Shown here: in pieces, positions 34,112 to 47,236 of the stretch | Position numbering within the stretch: position 1 is the first letter of the stretch | How the letters are laid out: the number at the start of each line of letters is the position of its first letter | Assembly: GCA_977018835.1 (NCBI GenBank) | Contig: OZ361257.1 | Span: 1,364,001-1,428,000, forward strand | Direction: 5' to 3' | DNA from: Minutocellus sp. GHC0000111 | Taxonomy: Eukaryota | Length of the DNA stretch: 64,000 bases | Position numbers and translations under genes: made by a program | Notes under the pieces: generated by a model | Told to the model about the DNA's origin: nothing | Seen by the model: the letters and a program-made list of their open reading frames with translations, nothing else | Database searches by the model: none

Positions 34112-37100
34112 ATGAAGATCCTCACCTCCGTCGTCCTCTCCTGGGCGTCGGTCGCCGTCCTCCTCGTCCTTCCCGACGCCGCGACCGCCCAAGTTGGGGC
34201 TCAAGACCAGTACTGTGCCCGCGTCGGCGAGAAGGCCATCGCATGCGGTGCCACCAACCCCTTCCGCCCTCAGAAGTGTTGTGGCGGACTCGTTTGCGCG
34301 CAGGGCAACGTCCAGAAGCACTGCGTCGAACCATCCGATCTTCCTCCTCCTCCCACGTGCGCAGCGGAGAATGAACGGGCCATCAACTGTGGTGGTAAGA
34401 TCTATAATTGATTGATTGACATGCGTACTTACTTGTGGATATGGATTGTGATATCACGACGTGTCATGTCATGGATGCAATGATCACTAACTCCTTTCGT
34501 CTCTCCTATCCTCCCTTCCACATGTCATAATCTTCTGCGACATAAGCACTCTGGGCATCTGATCGAGCGCAGAATTGCTGTAAGTTGGGAGCATTCATTT
34601 TGAGAATCTTTGCGTCGTTGATTGATCCGCATTGCATTGCATATCATTGCTTCGGTTCGCTTTTTCTGTACTGACCGCTTTGTCCTCCTACGCCTCTTTA
34701 TCCCAACCAAACAGGCGACGGTCTCATTTGTCGTCCAGGTATGTTCTACTTCAGCCTGTTGTTATTAAGTGTCAGAGGAATCAATTTATTTGCGATCAAT
34801 TGTGGATGCGATCATATTCTCATCGTCATTCTATTGCATTTACCCTCCCAACAATTATTGCGTCGAACAAATAAATGAAAACAGGAAATGCCAAGGTCAC
34901 ATGTGTCAACCCGATCAATCTCGCTGCCGAAGAGCTCTACAATTGCGCTGGAGAAGGGGACCGTGCCGTTCAGTGTACGTCTATCTTTGAGGTTTTGATC
35001 GAATCGTTCATGCGGATAAGTTTCTTGTTTTCATCTAACTCTCATCCCGCATTCCTTCTTCTTACTCATTAAAGGTGGCGCTACGATCCAGATCGGTAGG
35101 GCCCAAGAATGTTGTGAGGGCTACATTTGTGAGCCTGGTAACGTGAAAGTAACATGCACAAAGAAAGAAAATGTCGCCATGGAGGATTTGCGCGTTTGCG
35201 CGGCTGAGGTAAGAGGCATATATGGCCATTGTAGGCAAGAAAATTACCCCAGGTGCATCTACCAATTTCATATCCTAACCGTATTTCTCCTCATCTCTCA
35301 CTTTATGATTCAATGAATCTCTCATCTTAGGGCGAGAGAGCTCAGGAATGTGGAGCTTCGTCCCGCAACAAGGCAGGATGCTGTGATGGATTCGTTTGCA
35401 CTCCAGGCAACGTCAAGGTAAGTCGCAACTTTGTGTCCCTTGTATCATTTGTTGTGGAATCGTATTTTTTCTCTAAACTTTTTTCATTGCCATTATCTCT
35501 TGATTATATTTTCATAATGCTCAAAAAAGGTGACCTGCACGGCTAAAGAGAACATCCCCCCCACCTACTTGCGCTGCAGAAGGCGAGCGCGCGGTCAACT
35601 GCGGTGCCCCCGCCCTTGCAGATGGATCGCGTCCCAAGGAATGCTGTGGCAATCTCATTTGTGCCCCAGGAAACGCGAAGATGATTTGTGTCAGCCCCGA
35701 CACGGTTGATCCTCTCGAGTTCAGTGAATGTTCCGCGGCGGTGAGTGTTGCACTCTTGAAGCTAGCTCCTAGCGAACACTGCCATTATTGAAACTTGCAT
35801 TGCATACCGATGCTGTATTCTAATCATTCTTCAATATCCTGCAATTCTCGAATATATTTGCAGGGTGAACGGGCTATCGAATGCGGTGCAGCTCCGGGTC
35901 CAGGTCGACACAATCGTTGCTGCGGCGGCAATACTTGCTCCCCTGATCGTGCAAAGGTCATTTGCGTCAGTGAGGCTACCATCGATCCCGTCGATATCCT
36001 CAAGGAGTCTCAGACATGCGCCCTGGAAGGTGAACGGGCCCTAGACTGTGGCGCTGCGCCAAGCCCCTGCCGGCACAAAAGCTGCTGCAACGGCTTTAGC
36101 TGTACACCTGGCAATGTGAAGGTTACATGTACTTCCAACGAGAATCTACCCAAGGGACCAACTTGCGGAACTGAGGGCATCAAGGCAACGTCATGTGGTG
36201 CTGCGCCCGCTGCGGATAGGCCAGAGGGCTGCTGCTCGGGATTTGTTTGTCATCCCGGCCCCCAGTCTCGGTACTGTACTGACGCCACAAATGTAACTTT
36301 AGCTTCGACTACCGGCGATGGCACAATTTGTGCCGCCGAGGGTGAAAGAGCCCAAGCCTGCGGAGCCACCGGTGCAAGCCGACCTGCTGAGTGTTGCCAT
36401 GGCATGATGTGTGAATTTGGAGCCGGTGTCCGCTGTGTCGTAGATCCCTTTGCGCCGACGGCCAAGCCGACCAAGGCCCCAACGCCGGTGAGTTCATACG
36501 ATCGTGTTTCTTTGTTTTCGTGCTGTGCGACTAAGGAATCATTGATGCTGTGAGCCTTGATATCGACCTAATGATTGCATGTCATTGCTTCCAAAATTTC
36601 TTGTTTTTCTTTTGCAGTTGCCCACGCGTCAGCCCACTCCTCGTCCTACCAAGTCTCCGACGCTGCCTCCAACGCCTGTGCCTACAACTGCAGAGCCCAC
36701 CGGACCTCATGTCTTTGGCGTTACTTGTTCGACTGCTGGTCAGAGATCTCAGCAGTGTGGAGCTGCTGCCGTCGGTGGAGGAGGCAACGGACGGCCCAAG
36801 GCTTGCTGCCCTGGATTTACATGCGATCCCAGATACCCCGGACGATGCGTTGTGGATCCCGATTGGGTTGCTCCTACTCCCAAGCCTACCAAGAAGGTCA
36901 GTAAATATATATGGCATATCGCTTACCAATAGGTACATTTCTTCCTCATGCGCAATATATACATCTAATTACAATTCCCCATATACCATGCTATCAAATT
37001 ATTACAAAACACAGCCAACTGTGGCACCGACAAAGAAGCCAACGAACGCACCCACTCCCAAGCCTACGGTCCCTCCTGGCACACCAACCACGAGTCCAAC

Positions 37101-38037
37101 TGCTGCTCCAGTTGTTCCTCCCAGTTTCACCCACGCAATTTTCACTTCTCTTGCCATCAGCGATGAGGTTCCGGAGGCCGAGTACGCTCAGGTTGGCGAG
37201 ACACTTGCATCCGTCACCAATGGTATCATCATGCGCAAGATTGGATTTGACGTCGAGGAGTTTAATGACAGCGGTCGTCGCCTCGTTACTCTGGAGCACG
37301 ATGCCGCGTCGCTCAGTCTCGTCCCGATGAATATCCTTGATCAACGTCAGGAGGATGTCGGGTTTTCCTGGGTCGTATACCGTATGAGCTACACTGTCCG
37401 ACAATTTGATGGCCTTGGCAAGAACGAGGTCAAGGAAATGATTGACGAGGGCTGGACGGAATCTATTGAGGACGGCACGCTGATTTGGGACCTGCAGACC
37501 AAGGACCCCAACATTTTGGGAGCAGCCATCTTTGGCCAGGAGTCCACCACGACCATCAGAGATCCCGGTGACCGCCCTACCTCCCCACCTACTCGAGATG
37601 ACACACTCACTAGTACCACTAGAGGAGAAGGAAGTGGTACCACTGGTGGTCCCGCCTGGTGGATCTGGCTCATTGTCGGCCTCGTCGGCCTAGCCATCGC
37701 TGTCGCCCTCGTCTTCTTCGTTCTGGCCAAACGCAGAACTAAGAAAGTGCGCCGTGCGATGCCGCAAAAGGGCGAGCTCATGGATGCCAGCGATAGTGAC
37801 GAGGTACCCATCGCTCAAAATGCAACGTTCGAGGAGAGTAGTGATGAGGGTCATGGCCAACATCCGAATCAAGCTTTTGCCCCCGACCAAACCTTTGATG
37901 CCGCATTCCCAGCTTTCGAAGTTCCCGAAGACGAAGGAAAAGGCACCATGTCGTCAACCAAGGACACCAAAGCAGGCCAAGAGTGGGGAGGTGATGGATT
38001 CTCCATGAATGATCTCGCGAAGCAGCCAGGATGGTGA
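34112..38037 (+). CDS. Type I cell-surface protein with ten 6-Cys knottin-like repeats, PT-rich stalk, extracellular domain and TM; exons 34112-34394, 34547-34579, 34715-34738, 34885-34974, 35075-35208, 35331-35417, 35530-35740, 35864-36487, 36618-36896, 37015-38037
   Basis: Signal peptide MKILTSVVLSWASVAVLLV. Nine GT-AG introns splice into one frame with repeats of the form CxxxGERAxxCG...CCxGxxCxPG...C. TM WWIWLIVGLVGLAIAVALVFFVLA is followed by KRR. Confidence 0.85.
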
Positions 38038-38286
38038 GATGAAGCGAACCTAATGATACTGGTAGAGATTGAGAGAAAAAATGTATATTGAGAGAGAAAA
38101 TGTATGCTGTACGTAACCTTTATGATTAGAATCAGGCAGAGTACGATGTGCTGGTAGTGTAGCTAGACTAATCAATTGCATTTAATGATATGAATAATTT
38201 AAGAATGTTAAAAGAATACGAATACAAGTAATGAAGAATAACGCCAAGCTATCTTTCCCCAATCTTCACCATCTATCAAGCCCGTC

Positions 38287-40091
38287 CTAAATAGGCATAA
38301 AGTTCCTTGTGCTCATTTCCTCAACCGACGGACCGACTAATGTTTCCTGCTTTGAGGCATAAACAATAAATAGGTCAGTGACGCTGACATCTAAAACCAC
38401 CTTGTCAATGTGAGAAGAGGTAAATGGAAAATAGCCGTCACCACCGCCCTCTAAAAAGGCGGAAGCTACGACTCGAATCGGCGTTGATTCATCGGTGATG
38501 TCCAACACTTTCCACTCTCTGGTTGCACTGCTGCCACGCAGATTCTCCGCACCGGTGATCAGAGCATTAATCTCAATATTGATCACTCTCTGACCATTTG
38601 GTGCCGTCAAATCGACATCGTATCGTAAGCCACCTGCGTACGGATAACTCGCTTCGAATGGCCACTTTACGACCAGTGGTCGAACGTTGGGGAAGAATTG
38701 CTTTTGTTGCTCGATGCTCTCTTCTTCGGACAGTGCCAGCCATTGTTTGTCTTCCTGAACGGCACCTTCCAGAGTAGCCTTGATACCGGCTGGTGTTGTC
38801 GAAAATACAACAGCCCGATCCTGTCCGAAGGGGAGAATGTCCTTTCGCACGGTACCGGCAGTGACATCTCCCACATCGATATCGCCTCGAAGCGAACCAG
38901 CGTTGATGAAGGAAACATCCACCATGTCGTCGATTTCCCTCGCTGCCGCCAAGGTGCCATCGGCGACCAGTTGGTTAAGGGGGCCTCCCTTCGGGAGCGC
39001 GGTAGGATCGGGGCAGGTGCTCGACACATTCGTCATGAGGGGCAAACGAGAGAAGCAGATCGGATCGGGTGAATACGTGAGTACCGTCCCATCGTCCATT
39101 TTCTCCAAATTCGCCACCATGATGTCCACGTCGCTCTCTGCTGGTGCGCCCGATGCCGCCGCCGACGACGAAGATCGTGTCAGACCAAGGCCCAGGCCCA
39201 GCACCACCGCCAACAGACCAGCTCCGATGAGGAACATGTAGCGACGAGGCAGTACGAAGGAATCCTTGAGAGGCTCGGCGACGCACACGTCGTCGTTTGG
39301 TATCGACGAGGTCACTACTCCTCGCTGGGATGCTTCTCTATTGCTATTGTTGTTGTTGCTGCCGTTCATTGGTGCCACCGGTGCCTCCAGGACAGCGGGG
39401 GTGATGTCCGATACGACACTGCCCGCGATACCATCAGGAAACGGCGGAGGTGGGTCGTCATCAATATCTGCCAAAGGTAACTGCTCCGACCGTGGCCACG
39501 ACCGCGATGCTTCGCCAGACACGCTCTCCGATTCCTCCTCTACCAACCGTGCTTCGGCGAGGTACTCAATGTCCGGATGATGGGGAGACGGTAAGGACGA
39601 AGCGGCGCCGGCGCCGGCAGAGGAGTTGGTGATTCCTTCGTGCTGCTGCGGTTGCTGCGGACCTCCAATCGGCCCTGTCGTTGCTGTCGTGCTGTTTTCG
39701 GGGATGGAATGATTGGCCTGCAGGTCCCGACCCGCCGGACCAGTACCGGTACCGCTATGGGCTGCCGCAGATCCGACTGCACTTCCGGTCCCACCAGAGG
39801 CGATGGAGCTGCGCTGGAACGCCTCGTTCGGCGGACGGTCCCCGCGGGTGCGGTCTCGTCCTGGCCGGGCTCCGGCCCCACCACGCTGTACGCACCGGCG
39901 GTGGCGCGGATGCTCTGCCGCTCGGCCTCTCGGACGCCCGTGTCCTGACTGCTGGCAGTGCCCCTGCTGCTGAGAACGGGACTTTCTGTGCTGGTGCCGT
40001 CGGCGTCGTCGGTGCCGCCACTTTGTGCTGCCGATGCCGACGGGATGGGAGCTCCCACGTGCTCTTGCTTTCCACCGCCTGCGCCGCCCAT
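38287..40091 (-). CDS. Type II membrane protein with a 5'-nucleotidase C-terminal (substrate-binding) domain; frameshift in the low-complexity N-terminus
   Basis: TM FLIGAGLLAVVLGLGLGL; motifs LNQLVADG, SFINAGSLRGDI, ILPFG, GLRYDVDL and FLEGGGDGY. Confidence 0.75.
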
Positions 40092-40505
40092 GCTATTTTA
40101 TCTTCCGGTTAGATCTCTGTCGGTATTGCATGTACTAGTACTAGTATCCCGGTAGCCCGGTCGGTCTCAGCAGTTCGGTGCACTTGTGCTTATCTTTAGG
40201 AACGGCAACCGGAACGAAACTTCGGCAGGCCGCACGAGTGACAACGTCAAGTTGCAGTGTGACGTCAAATGGACAAACCCGGCGCCTGCAACGACGATCC
40301 GCCCGACAGCAACATGTGAAGGTCGCGGCAACGTTCTGCTGCTGCTCTTTGCGATGGCGTAAGTGGCCACCAACTCCTGGAAGTAGCTCTAGTAGTAAAA
40401 GGTGAGCCATGGCCTCTGATAACCGATGCCCGGCACCAGCGGTAGATGGTTCTCCGCACGACTGCACTCAACAGTGTGTTAGCAATTAAAAAAAGCTAGC
40501 AGCTA

Positions 40506-41554
40506 TCAAAGGACAGGATCAAAGAAGAAGAAAGAAAGACAGACATGAAGAACAGTTGTTCTCGAACAAAGAAGACAAAGAAGACGTGGCAACAATTGCA
40601 ACGCATGGGGACCCGGAACTAAGTCCGGCGAGGAAACATCTGGTAGAAGCGCAAACGCTTGCACCCAACACCCCCGAGGATGGGGCCGCAGCAGGCGAGA
40701 CCGAATGAATGTCACTCCCCTCGACAATGTGGCTGCCATCATGGGTGCCATCATCATTCTGACTTGTCGTTCGCCCGGCGGGTCCTTGTCGGGCTTCATC
40801 TTGTGCTTGGGGTGGCTGCCACATCCGACATCTGGCGCCACCTGATGCTTCTCTTGCGCTTCTTCTTGTTGCTGCGGGTGCCAAACACTTTCATGAGGCC
40901 GCTGAGTGGAGATGGAGACGGCCGTGGTTGTCGGTGTCGCCAGCCACGGAGGAGCTGCTGGCGGTGGCGGATCGCACGATGTGACGTGACTCGACATCAT
41001 CGCTGGAGGTGCGCTTGGGGACGTCGTGAACTCTAACATGCATGATTTTGTTGTTTTTGGTGTTGTTTTCGGTGGGTTCGTCCCTCTTGCCGTCGCAGTT
41101 CAAAAGCTCGTTGTGCTCGGCGATGATGAGCTTCTCGAACTCGGCATCGTCCGCCTCTCTCTTGACTCTCTTCTCCTCCTTGTTCTTGGCACGTTGTTCC
41201 TTCTTCTTCTTGCGTGCCAGAGATTTGCCAGCAGCTCCTGTGGATGTGTTGACAATGAATTTCTTGGAGGGAGTTGATTGGTGAGATTTTGTGTCGTCCG
41301 TCCTCCTCTTCCTCGGTCGATTCTTTTGAGGAGGACGAACTGCGCGCATGTGTGTGCACACCACTGTTCTGTGCATGCATTTCAAGGTGTTCTTCCGTCA
41401 GCGCAGCTTCAGAGGACGCAAAACTGTCGACATCTTTCAGTCCGTCGAAAGATGGGTCATTCTCGTCTTTCTTCTCATCACTCTCACCTTTTTCTCGTCG
41501 CGTCCGACGAGCTTGTCCTTTCTTGCAAGATGCGGGCAGAATCTTGGGGTCCAT
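40506..41554 (-). other. Fragmented low-complexity, charged coding-like sequence (hypothetical or pseudogene)
   Basis: K/E-rich ORF pieces in shifting frames (MDPKILPAS..., EEKRVKREADDAEF); no recognisable domain. Confidence 0.35.
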
Positions 41555-42571
41555 TGGATCGGTTAACTTGGAGTGCAAAACCATGAGGTTGTTTCGGCAT
41601 CTCGCATTGTGGGCCAAACAAAAGAGGACAGCGAATAGGTGCACTAGCACGAAGGTTGTTGATTGCTTTTACTTTTAGCAGAGAGGATGGTGTCTGATGA
41701 TTGTGGCTTGGTCGATCACGCTGATTGCAGCGATGTTTCGCCCAAGTAGGATTGAGGCTCAAAGCAGGAAGGCCTATTTGTCACACATGGACTTCCATTT
41801 AGGACGTCCAGTTGCGACATTCAGTTTCTTCTCTGTTGTCACAGCTTGCTTAGATTTTAGCCTACCTTGAGCTGGGATCTTTGGTAGGTGCCTGCAAACC
41901 TTGGTCAAGGTAACCCGGATGCCGGAGCCGAGACTCCGTCAAAAGCGGAGGGGGGGCTGCGGCCTACTAGAGTAGCAACCCTCGCTTTGTCTCCCAACAG
42001 GAAGATTGCACCTAGCTAGGCATGAGTGCCTTAGTGATCGAGATCGAGCATGTGTGTGCATTTGTTACCAACCCGGAGGCGGATCTAAGTTGGAGCTCGA
42101 AAGGCCAAGGTTGGGCAACCAACAAAACACAACAGCCAGACCAGCCAGGGTCAACATCAGGGTCTCTCCCAGCCCCCATAGACACTCAGAAATGACTGTC
42201 CGTTCATCGCGCGCCGGCCGAGCCAACACGACCAAAAAACACCGTCGGACGGTGAAATCTTTCCGGCTTTGCTTTTTGCTCCCCCCCACAAACAAGCCCA
42301 GCAGATCTACGTAGCTACTAGTATCTACAATAGCGTATCGATATCAGCAAATAATTGTCCGCGTATTGGTTTGGTATTGGTACAAGTAGACCCGCTGCTG
42401 AGCTTTGCATTGCTTTCGGTGCGGTGGATGGACCACAATCCATCGTCTTCAATAGGCTTCATTTTTTGTTTCAGCAAACATATTTTCGGCCAAGGCATCG
42501 AGCCGAGTCAGTCGAGTCGAGTCGTCGAGTCGAGTCGTCCCAGCAAGAAAGCACCGACAGAATACAGTAGA

Positions 42572-44597
42572 ATGCCGCGCCGCCCAACAAGTCCCAGGCT
42601 CGAGGAATCCGTGGAGGTGGAAGATGCAGGTCGAAGGATCAGCCTTGACGAAGGTCGACGACGAACTCCTCGTCGACCTCGAGAGCACCGAGGCCAGGAT
42701 GTACGGAAGAAAGCGAACCACCGACGGCCACGCTACTGCATGAGGTACAAGTGCATGCAGCATCGGCGTAGACAGCGCCCTTGTTGGCGCACATGCAGGG
42801 GAACAGGACCACGCGAGCAATGACGGAGCTTTGAATCGAACACATGACACCAAAAGCATGTCGTCAACGTCATACGATAACGAACGTTATTATGATGACG
42901 ATGAAGACGGCAACCATCACGTGAATGAGGATGTCGAGAGTGGAAGCGATGGTGGTGGCGGAATGCCGGTGGCTCGGAAACCTGATGAAGGGAATGGCAA
43001 TGACGGCAAAAATCCCAAGGATCGGAGTGGTATCCAAAATTGCAAAGTGAATGGCAAGCATGGCAGTGATGAACGACGACGGAACCCACTGGTCCTTGTC
43101 GTCTCGGTCCTAGCCGTCATAGGTCTGGCCATTGGTCTGGGTCTATTTGTAAAAGGGGTCACTGGCCTTAATGCGGACAGCAAGGGAACAGCATCTTCTG
43201 GCACAGCAGCAACAGCACCTGATTCCAATGTTAATGCAGCACCACGGCCTTCTTACTTGGTACCATCGTCGAGGCCGACGTGGTCAGCGTTGGTGAAACC
43301 CACTGGTCATCCAACTTCCAATCCGCCAGTGCCAACAGAAACATCGGATGATCAGCCGGATGAGATGTCGATCTACGAACAGTTTGGAGTGGAGATGCCG
43401 GACGAAGGCATCAAAGAGGAGGAGGAGTCTGAGAGCAGTCCTACTCTTTCTTCCGATTCTGTGCCGACGACATCTGAACCTACAGGCGTCCCAATGGCAG
43501 CACCTCTAACTGCAGACCCTACCAGTTCCCCATCAGTTGCTCCTACGAGTGTATCTCCCACAGGCATCCCTACTCGTAGCCCGTCACGCCAACCGAATGT
43601 TCTGGAGGCTGCACCAGGAACACCTACAAGAGTGCAACCTCCACCATCGTCGATAACGACGAAATTCAGCATGCACATAGCTACGGACGATGCCAATGCC
43701 GACTTCTTTGATAACAGAGCGATTTTCGGCAAGGCAGTCTTTGGGAATACCTTTGATCTCTTTCGGAAGGTCATCTCCTCGGCCAACAATAGCAACGGCG
43801 CATATAGCTTGCGGGCTCAGAGCATGCGGGCTGGATATAGTTGGGACAGTGGCTGCAACCCATTCGTTGGAGAGGGGTGTCCTCCTGATACAGTCGTCGT
43901 TGCTGACTTTACAGGCACTTCTGCTTTGGAATTTATATCAGCTTCGACCAATGGGCAAGATGCATTTGATGGGTTAGTTGCAAACGCTTTTGTTGAAGAA
44001 GCTGCATCTTCCGATGCTCTAACGACGTGGGTATCGAGAGTCAGAGATCAAGGCATCAGCGTCATGTCTACCGTTCTCTATCTCAATGGCAAAGAGGTGG
44101 CTTCTTATTCAATGACCGACCCATTTGCAATTGTTGACATTGAAAATGTTTCAAGGGAGAATGATGTCGTGATAGAATGTGAGATGCAGCCTATTCAGGT
44201 TCATCTGGTTGCTTCTGAGGGCACCAATTTGCTAGATTTTGATCTCCGTCAACTACTGATCGATGCGACACTTCCCTACCTTAGTGTTGCCTTATCAAAT
44301 GGCCTCAAGGAAGACTACTTTGGATTTCAGTTGAAAGTACCGCAGAATCGAGAACTTAGGAAAGCAACACGGACATCATTGGGGCCTCAGAACCCAAAAA
44401 GAAGCCTCAACCACCTGATTGGAGAGGAATACGATGTCAAGCTTCTCGGAACGGTCACGGTCGCTGGTGGAGAGTCGGCTTGTGATCGTGCCAAGGATAT
44501 TGTCAGGTCATCCTTATCGGGGGACTTGCTCTTTCTATGGATAGACGAAGTGAATACTGTGGGCCTTCCCGTCGCTTCAGCAGATATTACTGTTTAA
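42572..44597 (+). CDS. Membrane-anchored mucin-like protein (TM, PTS-rich stalk, globular C-terminal domain); frameshift in the N-terminal region
   Basis: ATG 42572 ORF changes frame before 42831; TM LVLVVSVLAVIGLAIGLGLFV; repeated PT/PS (APTSVSPTGIPTRSPS). Confidence 0.65.
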
Positions 44598-44770
44598 TAG
44601 ATATATAGAGATGGATTTAACTAGATCTACGTAGCTGGATAGGAATCCCTATGATGAGTGTTTAGAAGTAAAATTTCCTCATCTCCACTAATAAACGTAA
44701 GATTGCCGCAGGAGACGGCTTTTTTCTACCTAGCTATGTCCATTCACGAGCTCGTAGAACCAGAGATACT

Positions 44771-46935
44771 TCAATCATGCCATGTTTTGATTGGGGTGTG
44801 GTTCCCATTTTGCGCTTTGTAGAGTCTTAGCTCAAAGTCCTTTCTTTGAACCTCCTTCTCCTCTTTCAAAACAAGATATTCCCTACACGGCAAGTACATA
44901 TATAGTTGTAGCGAGAATTGTATAAGTGAGTTCGCGAGTATATGTAATTGGAGGATGGAACTTAAATCAACCCTTTCATTTCAATGTGTCAACGTCAGGA
45001 AATTTTCACTTACATTTGCTTCTCTCGGAGCTGAAGCCGTAACCGCTCAACTTGTGCCAAGAGACTACGCTCCGATGCTGCCAAATTACCAACCTGACTC
45101 TCAAGCCCTTCCCACCTCTTGAGCGCTTCTTTGAATTCGGCGTTTGCCGACTCGACAGCCTTGCGCATCTGTTCTTTGGACGTTTTCGAGGCCTCGACTG
45201 CATCCTTCAAGGATGATATCTGTGCTGCATCATTCTTTGCTCTTTCTTCGAGGTCATTCAAACGCTTTTGAATATTACGGACCTTATCATTCGAAGCAAG
45301 GGCCGTGCATCTATTTTCTTCTTTCTCTTCCTCCAACCTCCTTAACTCTTTCTTGAGGTGGGATAGTTTGGCCTCGTATTGTTTTTTCAGTGATTCGATG
45401 TCGACTGAAAGTTTATTTCTTGCCTCCTTCGCTTGTTCCTCGAGAACAACATAACGCCGTTGGGCTTCCTCTGCTCTCATTTTTGCAGATGTATTTTCTG
45501 CTTTTATATTTTGCTCTGCTTTCAAGGCCTCATCCTTCTCCTTGATAAGAGATTCGACTTCTGTATTTGCTACGACAACGGCGTTACGCATTTGCTCCTC
45601 AGTGATCTTGGCGGTTCGAAGCTGTTCCTTCATAGACAATACTTCTGCATCAGTCGTCTGCAATTTTTGCTTCAATGCAGCCATATCCGCATCGTTTGAT
45701 GTTGACGCAACGCTCGATTTGCTTGCTTGTATCTCGTTCATTTTGCGATCAGCCTCAGCTTGCATCGTAGACTGCATCTCACGTACTCTGCGATCCGCAT
45801 CTGCTTCGAGCTTCGCTTTTACATCTTTAATGCGTCGTTCCACTTCGTTCTGGTATTTCTGCTTGAGGTTTTCCTCCATGTCTTTCATACGTTGCAAAGC
45901 TTCTTCGAGCTGACTCCGTGTCTGTGCCCCACTCTCCCTTAGCTTGCTATTCTCTGCTTCCAGAGTCGCAATTTTGTCGATATCGGTGTGCAAGGTCTGG
46001 GCCAAGTCTTCATTGATTCGTTTCAATTCACTCATTTGATTCTTTAGGAAGCTATTGTGCTGACTTTGGAGTGAAGTGATGACTATGGCATCAGCTGTGA
46101 GAGGCTTGGAATGACGATTGGCTGCACTGTTGTTGCCGCCAGTCATCCAAGGTGGCTGCTGTTGCTGATACTCATGGACGCGATCAGCATCGTCAGCCTT
46201 ACTTGCAGTAACGCCGGCCATGATTGGAGGTATTTGTGTTGCGTAGGTGGGCGCAGTGTCGTCCGTCACTGGAGTAGATGTACTGTCGATTATCGCACCA
46301 TTGATGTTGGTATCATCACCGCTGATGATCTCCATTGCATTCTCATCACTATTACTCGTATCTGGAAGCTCAATAATGACAGCCTCGTCCGGATTCGACA
46401 GAAAGTCAATAATATCTTGCTGTTGCTTCCATCGTTCGGCAATCTCCCTTGGCGTCCGGTTGTAGTCGTTCGTACGCATACCCAGGGCAGCAGGGAAGGC
46501 ATCATAAACTGCCCGAACCACCTCCAAGGGCACCGGATTTGCATTCCCGGCAACCAACAGGTGTAGGGTCGTCCATCCATTGTCACGAATGTATCTTGCT
46601 TCCTCCGGCTTTTGCCTCACGCGAGACAGAACCTCCGACCAGTTCGCATGGTAGGCGTACTGCCACAACATTGGTCCCGGGTTGTTGGCAGGTCCACTAT
46701 TAGCCGAGTTGCCACCGGCAACATGAGGAGAATCCCACATGTCAAAGCCTGTCCGAGTTTGGTGGTCTCCGGATGCGTTTCCTCGGTACAGGTGGAGCTT
46801 CGGCAGGAGGTGGCGGGAATGAAAAGCACAACGAGAAACAGCATTTGCATCCGAGGTGGCATGGAACGCCGAACAATATATTTGTGGCCAATTGGCCAAA
46901 AAGGCGGCGGCTGGTATCAATGGGCTGCCTACCAT
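44771..46935 (-). CDS. Ankyrin-like domain plus long coiled-coil protein; exons 46935-45014 and 44882-44771
   Basis: GWTTLHLLVA...YPAAL-like AFPAAL...RTPREIA ankyrin-like segment; heptad-rich E/K/A C-terminal half; GT-AG intron 45013-44883. Confidence 0.7.
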
Positions 46936-47236
46936 CGTGCTTTCTGATTCCCTCTATTGATGGCACCAAAGTTCAAAGCAAAGCAATCAGCAAACGGTTC
47001 TTCATCTGGCGCTAATTTCTCTGGAGCTCCTTTTCCCCTCTTCCCCTCTTGATTCGCTTGGCGCCATCTGCCGTGACATCATTCAGAAAGAAGACATGTG
47101 CGGGATTTGGCCTGTTTGGCCGCCTTCTGCACAGATGATTTGATCCCAAGCAGTTGGAATTGTTATTCATACCCTCAAGAAGTCCATTCATTTCATAGAA
47201 CAGTATACATAATTTAAATTGATAGCTAGCTAAATT

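Noticed and set aside
42505..42539. (GAGTC/GTC)n microsatellite upstream of the mucin-like gene
   Set aside because: Ordinary short simple repeat.
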